Below are positions 9,999 through 17,932 of a stretch of DNA of 64,000 bases, one piece after another; position 1 is the stretch's first letter, and every line of letters starts with the position of its first letter. Made by a program: the position numbers and the translations under genes. The stretch comes from an uncultured Sterolibacterium sp. (GTDB lineage Bacteria; Pseudomonadota; Gammaproteobacteria; Burkholderiales; Rhodocyclaceae). Below the pieces are notes generated by a model. The model made no database searches and was not told the DNA's origin. It saw only the letters and a list, made by a program, of their open reading frames with translations. Location: positions 3,814 through 67,813 of the forward strand of contig CAYTHB010000005.1 in assembly GCA_964437515.1 (NCBI GenBank), read 5' to 3'.

Positions 9999-10750
9999 AT
10001 GCCCCAAAACACCAGCGAAAGCGCAATTCTGAAGGTCACGGAGCGGACGATCTACCGACTCGCGGCAGCCAAGAAAATACCGGCCTTCAAGGTCGACGGG
10101 ACATGGCGCTTCCGGGCGGCGGATATCGACGGCTGGATAGCTTCAAGGTGCTTTATCTTGAGAGCTACGAAGACACCATGAACAACCTGCAACTGCGCCG
10201 CAAGCAAGCCCAGGGCGATCTGCTGAACACTCTGCCACAAGAGGCCAAGGACGACTACCTGTTCCGCTACATGCTGAACGTGGAAAGCCGTGGTTCGCTG
10301 TTGTCGGTGGAAGACTTCAAAAAGCCCTTCGACTATCAGCTCAACGTGGCCGTGGATTCGGCGGGCGCCTTCGAGCCGCGCAAGATCGATCTGGTGGAAA
10401 CCTTCAACTACCTGATCGGCCTGCGCGTAAAGCACATCGACATGCAGCCTGCACGAGGTTTTACCACCGTCACCGGCGCGCTGCCCAGCGGTGAGACTTG
10501 CCTCGTGCTGTGGCGCGATTGCGAGGTGTTGGACTACGAAGGCGTAGCCAAGCTCTGCGACAAGCTGGTCATCAACTCGGCGGACAACGAGTTTGATGTG
10601 GTCTATATCAACGGCGATCACAACATTCCCACCGTGCTGACGCAGACGCTTGAGGAAGGCGGTGAAGCAGGCCCAACGACGCGCGTGCTCAAGCTGCGCC
10701 AGATCGAACCGGAGTTTTTGGAACGCATGTTCAGTGTGGAGGATGTGTGA
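9999..10750 (+). pseudogene. Remnant of a type III-like DNA methyltransferase (Mod): N-terminal excisionase-type HTH joined out of frame to the C-terminal tail; catalytic core deleted
   Basis: Frame 0 encodes ILKVTERTIYRLAAAKKIPAFKVDGTWRFRAADIDGWI (HTH_17-like). From about 10140 a different frame reads FKVLYLESYEDTMNNLQL...INGDHNIP...KLRQIEPEFLERMF, typical of the C-terminal region of such methylases. No SAM or DPPY/NPPY motifs anywhere. Confidence 0.55.
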
Positions 10751-11820
10751 TGGCGAATGACCAGCATTTGACGGCCAGCGACGGCCTTGCGCCTTTGCTC
10801 GGCACGCTGCGTCAGCTCATCAGCGATGCACGCAGCCGGGCACTGCGTGCGGTGGATGTGATCCAGGTGCAGACTTACTGGCAGGTGGGTCGCCATATCG
10901 TGGAGTTTGAGCAAGAAGGCGCAGCGCGGGCGGCTTACGGTAAGCGTCTGTTGCCTCTGCTGGCCGAGCGGCTGACGCAAGAGTTTGGCAAGGGCTTTGA
11001 CGAGCGCAACCTGCGCCATATGCGAGCATTTTTTCAAGCTTTTCCAATTTGGGACGCAGTGCGTTCCGAATTGAGCTGGACGCATTATCGCCTGCTCACC
11101 CGCGTGGACAAGGCTGAGGCGCGCCACTGGTACATGACCGAGGCGGCTATCCAGAACTGGAGCACCCGCGCCCTGGAGCGGCAGATCGGCACCCTGTTTT
11201 ACGAGCGTTTGCTGCTCAGCCAGGACAAAGCCGCCGTGGCCGCTGAAGCCGGGCACAAACTGGCCGGGCTGGCCAAGCTGGAGCAAAGCCCGCGTGCCTT
11301 TGTGCGCGACCCGGTGATGCTGGAGTTTTTGGGTTTGCCCGGCAGCGGCGCGTTGCTGGAGGCCGGTCTGGAACAGGGCTTGATGGACAAGCTACAAGCC
11401 TTTTTGCTGGAGCTGGGCAAGGGCTTTGCGTTTGTGGCGCGGCAGCAGCGCATCAGCACTGAAAGCAAGGATTTCTACATTGATCTGGTGTTCTACAACT
11501 ACCTGCTCAAGTGCTTTGTGCTGATCGACCTGAAAACCACCGAGCTGACGCACCAGGACATCGGCCAGATGGACATGTATGTGCGCATGTACGACGACTT
11601 GAAGCGCGGCGAGGGCGACAACCCGACGGTGGGTATTTTGCTGTGCGAGAGCAAAGATCAATCGGTGGTGCGCTATTCGGTGCTCAACGGCAGTGAGCAG
11701 CTATTTGCCAGCCGCTACAAATTGGTGTTGCCCAGCGAGGAAGAACTGCGCGCCGAACTGACCCGCGAGGCGGAGATGATCCGCCTGACGATGGATATCA
11801 GCAAGGAGGAAGGGGCGTAA
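10747..11820 (+). CDS. PDDEXK nuclease, YhcG/DUF1016 family
   Basis: 357 aa, intact. N-terminal helical region (QVQTYWQVGRHIVEFEQEG...YGKRLLPLLAERL) and C-terminal PD-(D/E)xK-like core (FYIDLVFYNYLLKCFVLIDLKTTEL). 4-nt overlap with the preceding fragment. Confidence 0.8.
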   Translation: MMANDQHLTASDGLAPLLGTLRQLISDARSRALRAVDVIQVQTYWQVGRHIVEFEQEGAARAAYGKRLLPLLAERLTQEFGKGFDERNLRHMRAFFQAFPIWDAVRSELSWTHYRLLTRVDKAEARHWYMTEAAIQNWSTRALERQIGTLFYERLLLSQDKAAVAAEAGHKLAGLAKLEQSPRAFVRDPVMLEFLGLPGSGALLEAGLEQGLMDKLQAFLLELGKGFAFVARQQRISTESKDFYIDLVFYNYLLKCFVLIDLKTTELTHQDIGQMDMYVRMYDDLKRGEGDNPTVGILLCESKDQSVVRYSVLNGSEQLFASRYKLVLPSEEELRAELTREAEMIRLTMDISKEEGA

Positions 11821-12887
11821 TGGCGAAGAAAAAACAGGAGGTTTCCATCGTTCGTTCTTCGGCGGCGGAATATCTCACTTTTATCGCCTCCACCGGTTCG
11901 CAGGAAACCGCTGTGGAGATGCGCTATGAAGACGAGAACATCTGGCTCACGCAGAAGATGATGGCCACGCTCTACGAGGTGACCGTTCCAGCGATCAACC
12001 AACACCTGAAGCGCATTTTTGCTGATACCGAGCTGACAGAAGTGGCAGTTATTAAGGATTACTTAATAACTGCCACCGACGGTAAAAACTACAGCACCAA
12101 GCACTACAACCTGCAAGCCATCATCGCGGTGGGCTTCAAGGTAAATAATCCGCGCGCAGTGCAGTTCCGCAAGTGGGCGGGGCAGATCGTCAAGGACTAC
12201 ACCATCCAGGGCTGGACGATGGATGTGGAGCGCTTGAAAAAAGGCCATCTATTTACCGACGAATACTTCCAGCACCAGCAGGAGGTCATTCGTGAGATTC
12301 GCCTCTCCGAGCGCAAGTTCTACCAGAAGGTGACGGACTTGTACGCCACAGCCTTCGACTACGACGCCAACGCCCATACCACGCGTGAGTTTTTCGCGCT
12401 GGTGCAGAACAAACTGCATTGGGCGGTGCATCGGCACACGGCTGCGGAAGTGATCATGGCACGCGCCGACGCGGGAAAGTCACACATGGGGCTGACATCG
12501 TGGGAGTCCGCGCCGCGCGGCAAGATCGTGAAATCCGATGTATCCATCGCCAAGAATTACCTGAGCGCACAGGAACTGGAATATCTGGAACGCATCGTCT
12601 CGCTGTATCTGGATTTTGGTGAGCTGCAAGCGGTGCGGAAAATTCCGATGACGATGGCGGACTGGGCGAAACGACTGGATGGCTTTCTGGAGTTCAACGG
12701 CAACGAAATCCTCACCGGACCGGGCAAGATTTCACACGAACAGGCCAAGCTGCACGCCGAAACTGAGTTCGAGAAATACCGCATCGTGCAGGATCGCCTG
12801 TTCGAGAGCGATTTCGACCGACTGCTGAAATCCGCCGAACCAATGTACCTTGAAGCGCCGCGCAAGAAGAAGAGGAAGACCGAATGA
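11820..12887 (+). CDS. RhuM family virulence/defence-island protein
   Basis: 355 aa, intact. RhuM signature region ENIWLTQKMMATLYEV...INQHLKRIF...HYNLQAIIAVGFKVNNPRAVQFRKWA. Overlapping stop/start with both neighbours. Confidence 0.8.
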   Translation: MAKKKQEVSIVRSSAAEYLTFIASTGSQETAVEMRYEDENIWLTQKMMATLYEVTVPAINQHLKRIFADTELTEVAVIKDYLITATDGKNYSTKHYNLQAIIAVGFKVNNPRAVQFRKWAGQIVKDYTIQGWTMDVERLKKGHLFTDEYFQHQQEVIREIRLSERKFYQKVTDLYATAFDYDANAHTTREFFALVQNKLHWAVHRHTAAEVIMARADAGKSHMGLTSWESAPRGKIVKSDVSIAKNYLSAQELEYLERIVSLYLDFGELQAVRKIPMTMADWAKRLDGFLEFNGNEILTGPGKISHEQAKLHAETEFEKYRIVQDRLFESDFDRLLKSAEPMYLEAPRKKKRKTE

Positions 12888-13971
12888 ACGCCAAGGCCGT
12901 TTCCAGTAAAAAAGGCAAGGCCAAAACCGCCAAGCGCAGCTTTCATCAGGAATTGGTGCTCAATCGCTGGGTGCTGCGGTTTTTCAATGTGGAAAGTCTC
13001 TCCGGCTTAAAGTAGCGTTTGGGCGACGACCGTCATGAAGGCATCGACGAGGACGGCCAGACCAAGTTCTTCCACGAACTGATCCGAGGCTTGTTCGATC
13101 CCAACAAGGTGCCCGAGGCCGAGCTGCGGCGCTACGAATTGAACGTGGTCGCGCACTGGCAGGCCATGAGTTGCAGATGAAGTACTTCCAGTACCTCTCG
13201 CTGCTATTCACCGAGCTGTATCTGGACGGGTACTTCAACCACCGCCAAGACTTGCTCGATGGCCTGAACGAGGAAATGACACGCTACCGCGCCGAGTCGG
13301 GCGCGGAACTGTTTCGCGATTTTGAGGCGGATGACCTGAACAAGATCGCCTTCTGGAACGTCACCGGCAGCGGCAAGACATTGCTGCTGCACGTCAACAT
13401 CCGCCAATATCCGCTGCTGGCATTGGAGGACAAGGATGCAGTACCACTGAAACTGCGTCCGCTGGCCTTTGACGCGCCGAGCGAATGGGAGTTTGTCCGC
13501 GATTTGGAGGCGTTCTACAACTCAGGCGAGGGCAAGGAAGCGATTGGCCCGCGCAGTCTGTATCTGCTGCGCAATGCGGATCGGGAAGAGAAAGGCTTGG
13601 GCTTCGCGCTGGCCGGCAACTTCTACCCGGACTTCCTGCTCTGGCTGGTGGACGATGCGTCGGATACGGGAACGGGCAAGCAGTGGCTGACCTTTGTCGA
13701 CCCGAAGGGGCTGCGCAATCTCGACCTGTCGCACCCCAAGCTGGGGCTGTACAAGGAAGTGAAGAGGCTTGAAACGACGTTGGCATCGCAGGCCAAGGCG
13801 GGCGAAGCGCCGCTGGTCTTGAATGCCTTCGTGCTATCACCGACGAAATTCGCCGACCTGCTCAACGTCGGCGACCCAACAAAGAAGGCCGATCTGGAAA
13901 GCCGCAACGTGTTGTTCATGGAGGATGGTGCCAGTATCTACCTGAAAAAACTTTTTCGGGTTCTGGCATGA
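12884..13971 (+). pseudogene. Remnant of the cognate Res-type helicase-nuclease: in-frame TAG, a frameshift, and loss of the helicase core
   Basis: MNAKAV...FHQELVLNRWVLRFF...SLSGLK then TAG (about 13013), continuing in frame RLGDDRHEGIDEDGQTKFF...HWQAM. Frame change near 13165. ORF 13171..13971 joins KYFQYLSLLFTELYLD...NVTGSGKTLLLHVNIRQY directly to a C-terminal PD-(D/E)xK region (FYPDFLLWLV...LTFVDPKG). Confidence 0.55.
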
Positions 13972-14017
13972 GTGGACATCGGGTCACGAAATCGGCGAAC
14001 TAGTGCGAGCTCAATCG

Positions 14018-14055
14018 AAAAACCTGCTGGATTGTAGACTTGCACGCGGGTTTTT
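14018..14055 (+). terminator. Possible hairpin terminator after the Res remnant
   Basis: AAAAACCTGC...GCGGGTTTTT (10-bp stem with one G-T pair, 18-nt loop) followed by a T-run that merges into the TTAA junction of repeat copy 3. The large loop makes it weak. Confidence 0.3.
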
Positions 14056-14293
14056 AACGTGAAATACAAAAATCAGAGTCGGGTTGAAGCTTTGAGCGTA
14101 GCGAACCAATCAGTAGCCGCCCCTTGAGGGGGCGTAGGCGGGGTTTCACGGAGCACTGCTCCGTGCCGCCGAAGCCGGACGGCTGTGCAAAGCCGTCCGT
14201 GGGGGATGGGTGGGGTAAGCGTATCTGTTATCGGGTAACGATTATTTCATCCTCTGTGGGTGGCAGTGTGGAGATGGCTACCATGATCGTTAG
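14054..14293 (+). repeat. Interspersed structured element, copy 3 of 6 (240 nt; carries nested 70-nt insert at 14135-14204 and a 7-nt internal duplication)
   Basis: TTAA|CGTGAAATACAAAAATC... ...CATGATCGTTAG. The insert contains hairpins CACGGAGCACTGCTCCGTG (14147-14165) and GGACGGCT-GTGCAA-AGCCGTCC (14177-14198). Confidence 0.9.
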
Positions 14294-14399
14294 CCATCCA
14301 AGTCGCCAGGAATGCGCATCATCGTCGCTCAGTCAGTAAGAAGTAATAACATCTGCTGCGTGAGATAATCACTGATTCTTCAGCTTTCTGGAGTCTGCC

Positions 14400-15488
14400 A
14401 TGACCCGCCCCAAGAACGATCTTTTTTTGCGTGCATTGTTGCGTGAACCTGTGGATACCACGCCGGTTTGGTTGATGCGACAAGCAGGACGTTATTTGCC
14501 GGAGTATTGCGAGACGCGCAAGCGTGCGGGGAATTTTCTCAATCTGTGCAAGTCGCCCGGCATGGCGTGTGAAGTGACGCTGCAACCGTTGGCGCGTTAC
14601 GAGCTGGATGCCGCCATTCTGTTTTCCGACATACTCACCGTGCCGGATGCCATGGGGTTGGGCTTGTATTTCAGCGAGGGTGAAGGGCCGAAGTTTGAGC
14701 GGCCGCTGCGCGAGGAATGGGTGATTCGTGATTTGATTGCCCCTGATCCAGACGATCATTTGCGCTATGTGATTGATGCCGTGGCGGAAATTCGTCGCGC
14801 ATTGGCGAATTCTGTGCCGCTGATCGGCTTCTCCGGCAGTCCGTTTACGCTGGCGTGTTACATGATCGAAGGCGGGGCATCGAGCGATTTTCGCCATCTC
14901 AAGACCATGATGTTCGATCGCCCGGATTTGCTGCATCACATCCTCGAAGTTACCACGCAATCGGTCATCGCTTATCTGAATGCGCAGATTGCAGCGGGTG
15001 CGCAGGCGGTGATGATTTTCGATACTTGGGGTGGAGCCTTGTCGCATCGCGCCTACCGCGAGTTTTCGCTGGCTTATTTACAGCGCATCATCGCTGGATT
15101 GACCAAGGAAAATGAAGGTCAGCGTGTGCCCAACATCGTCTTTACCAAGGGCGGGGCGTTGTGGGCAGAAGATATCGTTGCCATTGGCTGCGATGCCATC
15201 GGCTTGGACTGGACGGCCAGTCTGGCGGAAATACGTCGTCGTACCGGGGATCGGGTCGCGCTGCAAGGCAATCTCGATCCGGTGACCCTCTTTGCTTCAC
15301 CCGAGGCGGTGGCGCGTGAGGCACGCCGGGTGCTTGATGATTTTCATGCGGGCGGCGCGGGAGGTGGCCATGTGTTCAATCTGGGGCATGGCATTTCCCA
15401 GTTTACGCCACCGGACAATGTGACGGTGCTGGTGGATACCGTGCATCAATATAGCCGCGAATTGCGTAAATCCAGTGTGGGTGGGTGA
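14400..15488 (+). CDS. hemE: Uroporphyrinogen decarboxylase
   Basis: 362 aa. N-terminal [15 protein letters not shown] and [12 protein letters not shown] motifs. Full-length family match. Confidence 0.93.
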   Translation: MTRPKNDLFLRALLREPVDTTPVWLMRQAGRYLPEYCETRKRAGNFLNLCKSPGMACEVTLQPLARYELDAAILFSDILTVPDAMGLGLYFSEGEGPKFERPLREEWVIRDLIAPDPDDHLRYVIDAVAEIRRALANSVPLIGFSGSPFTLACYMIEGGASSDFRHLKTMMFDRPDLLHHILEVTTQSVIAYLNAQIAAGAQAVMIFDTWGGALSHRAYREFSLAYLQRIIAGLTKENEGQRVPNIVFTKGGALWAEDIVAIGCDAIGLDWTASLAEIRRRTGDRVALQGNLDPVTLFASPEAVAREARRVLDDFHAGGAGGGHVFNLGHGISQFTPPDNVTVLVDTVHQYSRELRKSSVGG

Positions 15489-15555
15489 TGGTTTTATTCC
15501 GTCTCCGGGTTGACATTCGGTAAAACGGCGGGTTTTGGCGGTAGGGTTTGACGAC

Positions 15556-15728
15556 TTATACACAAAATTTCAGGAAGTCAACAGCTTGCCCCAAAGCCCT
15601 TGTTTTGCAGGAGGTGTTTTGCTAACACTTTGTTTTTCAAATAAAAAACAAAGCCAATCTTTGGGTGCTATAGCCAAAGGTATATTGTTGTCAGAGATTA
15701 CGCACATTTGCCCACAAAATTATCCACA
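15556..15728 (+). promoter_or_regulatory. DnaA-box cluster plus AT-rich palindrome in the hemE-priA intergenic region
   Basis: TTATACACA (15556-15564, fits TTATNCACA). Head-to-tail run TTACGCACA (15698), TTGCCCACA (15708), TTATCCACA (15720-15728, perfect consensus). AT-only palindrome CTTTGTTTTT-CAAATA-AAAAACAAAG at 15628-15653. Confidence 0.4.
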
Positions 15729-15843
15729 GGCTGGCGCGGGTTCGCGATTTCGTTTGTAAATGTTCTTTTCTGGCAATGGATTAGATGCGAATGACAAAGT
15801 TGAATCTGGAAGTTGTTTCAAACCCACTGATTTTCTGAAAAGT

Positions 15844-17856
15844 ATGACCATATTGCGTGTGGCACTGGATGTGCCGCTCCCGCGTCTGTTTGATTATCGG
15901 GCGCAAGAGGACGATGTCCAGAGCTCGGATATTGGCCGTTGCGTGCGTGTGCCCTTCGGGTCTGGCGAAAAGACGGGCATCGTGGTCGATGTTTGCGATC
16001 AAAGCGAGCTGCCACCGGAAAAAATCAAACGGGCGGGCTCGCTCATGCGCGATTTGCCCCCCATGCCCCGGGACTGGCTGGATTTGTGCGGGTTTTGCAG
16101 CCGTTATTATCAGCATCCTTTGGGTGAGGTGATGGCACTTGCCTTGCCGCCCTATTTGAGGCGCGGCAAGTTGCCTGCGGCACGCAAGGAAAAGCCAGTT
16201 TCTGTGAATGCACCCTCTGCCTTGCCCGATTTGCTGGAAGAGCAGGCACAGGCGGTGGCGAAAATTTCGGCGGAACTGGGGCAGGATCGGTATGGTGCAT
16301 TTTTACTGCATGGCATTACGGGCAGCGGCAAGACAGAAGTGTATTTGCGGCTGATTGCCGAAACGATGGCACAAGGACGTCAGGCCTTGATGCTCGTCCC
16401 CGAAATCGCGCTGACACCGCAACTGGAAGGCCGTGTACGGGCGAGATTTCCGTCAGCGTGTATTGTGACGGCGCATAGTGGTCTGGCGGAAGCAGCACGA
16501 GCGCGGGGTTTCATTGCCGCACTGGAAGGCCGCGCCGATATTCTGTTGGGGACGCGTCTGGCCGTTTTTGCGCCTTTGCCGCGTCTGGGGCTGATCGTGG
16601 TGGATGAGGAACACGATGCCTCATTCAAACAGCAGGAAGGGCTGCGCTATTCGGCGCGTGATGTGGCGGTATGGCGGGCGCATCAACGGAATGTTCCCAT
16701 TGTGCTGGGTTCAGCCACGCCGTCGCTGGAAAGTTTTCATCACGCGCGTGCGCAGAGCGGGCGTTATCAACGCATCGAACTGACACGCCGTGCCGTTGCC
16801 GAATCTCCGCCGACGGTGCGTTGCATCGACACGCGTCGTGAAAAGTTGCAGGAAGGCATGAGTACGGCGATGCTGGCGGCAGTGGGCGAACGGCTGGCGC
16901 GGGGCGAGCAAAGCCTGATATTTCTCAATCGACGCGGCTACGCGCCGGTGCTGGCCTGCCCGGGCTGCGGCTGGGTCAGTCGCTGTCCGTGCTGTGCCGC
17001 GAATCGGGTGGTGCATTTGGCGGATAAACGCTTGCGCTGTCACCATTGCGGGCAGGAAGCGGGGATTCCGCATCACTGTCCGAGTTGCGGTAATCTCGAC
17101 ATCCACGCCTTTGGTCGTGGGACGCAGCGCATCGAGGAGGCGCTGGCCGCACGGTTTCCCGAAGCCCGCTTGCTCCGGGTGGATCGCGATTCCGCTAATA
17201 CACCGGCCAAGTGGCAGACTTTGCTGGAGGCCATTCATGCGGGTCAGGTCGATATCCTCATCGGAACTCAGATGCTGGCGAAAGGGCACGATTTTCCACG
17301 GCTGACGTTGGTGGGTGCGGTGGGCGCCGATGCCGCACTGTTTGCTGCAGATTTTCGTGCTCCTGAGCGTCTATTTAGCCAGTTGATGCAGGTCGGCGGT
17401 CGCAGCGGTCGCGCCACCTTGCCAGGGGAGGTCTTGATCCAGACCGAATACCCCCATCATCCGCTCTATCAGGCACTGGTCGCACACGATTACGACCGTT
17501 TTGCGCAGGCGCAACTCGAAGAACGAAGGGCAGCGGGTTTCCCGCCCTTTGCGTATCAGGCCATGTTGCGGGCAGAAGCGCGTCAGTTGGATACCGCACT
17601 GGCCTTTTTGCGAGAAGCCGTGCAAGAAGCGCAGGTTTTACAGGCAGAAGGCGGTATCGAAGGCGTGAGTCTGTTTGACCCGGTACCAATGCGTATGTAT
17701 CGCGTCATGGCACTGGAACGTGCTCAATTATTGGTGGAATCTGCCAGTCGGCCGGTCTTGCAGAGCTTGCTGGGTGCATGGATGACACGGCTATATACAC
17801 TCAAAACCCCTCGCGATCTGCGCTGGCATCTGGATGTCGATCCGTTGGAGTTTTGA
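15844..17856 (+). CDS. priA: Primosomal replication protein N' (PriA helicase)
   Basis: Start at MTILRVALDVPL. Walker A GITGSGKTEVY, DEEHD box, Cys-rich zinc motif CPGCGW...CPCC...CHHCG...CPSCG. Confidence 0.9.
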   Translation: MTILRVALDVPLPRLFDYRAQEDDVQSSDIGRCVRVPFGSGEKTGIVVDVCDQSELPPEKIKRAGSLMRDLPPMPRDWLDLCGFCSRYYQHPLGEVMALALPPYLRRGKLPAARKEKPVSVNAPSALPDLLEEQAQAVAKISAELGQDRYGAFLLHGITGSGKTEVYLRLIAETMAQGRQALMLVPEIALTPQLEGRVRARFPSACIVTAHSGLAEAARARGFIAALEGRADILLGTRLAVFAPLPRLGLIVVDEEHDASFKQQEGLRYSARDVAVWRAHQRNVPIVLGSATPSLESFHHARAQSGRYQRIELTRRAVAESPPTVRCIDTRREKLQEGMSTAMLAAVGERLARGEQSLIFLNRRGYAPVLACPGCGWVSRCPCCAANRVVHLADKRLRCHHCGQEAGIPHHCPSCGNLDIHAFGRGTQRIEEALAARFPEARLLRVDRDSANTPAKWQTLLEAIHAGQVDILIGTQMLAKGHDFPRLTLVGAVGADAALFAADFRAPERLFSQLMQVGGRSGRATLPGEVLIQTEYPHHPLYQALVAHDYDRFAQAQLEERRAAGFPPFAYQAMLRAEARQLDTALAFLREAVQEAQVLQAEGGIEGVSLFDPVPMRMYRVMALERAQLLVESASRPVLQSLLGAWMTRLYTLKTPRDLRWHLDVDPLEF

Positions 17857-17932
17857 GCCTGAAAACACGACTTCGTCCAGCTTCGTCATATCGCGAGCGT
17901 CCTTGAGGCCATGTCCTTTGCTGGCGCGGGTT

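Noticed and set aside
9971-10177. N-terminal 69 codons of ORF 9971-10750 (MTNLRLTPFHAPKHQRKR...).
   Set aside because: This part is an alternative-frame read-through of the HTH-coding segment (real frame 9999-10181). Recognisable methylase-tail sequence starts only near 10140.
9696-14293. Active restriction-modification or novel defence island.
   Set aside because: Both core genes are disrupted: Mod lacks any catalytic motif and changes frame, and Res has an in-frame stop, a frameshift and no helicase core. Only the DUF1016 and RhuM passengers are intact, so it is reported as a decayed locus, not a functional system.
15628-15653. AT-only palindrome as the intrinsic terminator of hemE.
   Set aside because: The stem is composed almost solely of A-T pairs and lies about 140 nt past the hemE stop. 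That is too weak for a confident terminator call, so it is kept only as part of the DnaA-box/AT-rich observation.
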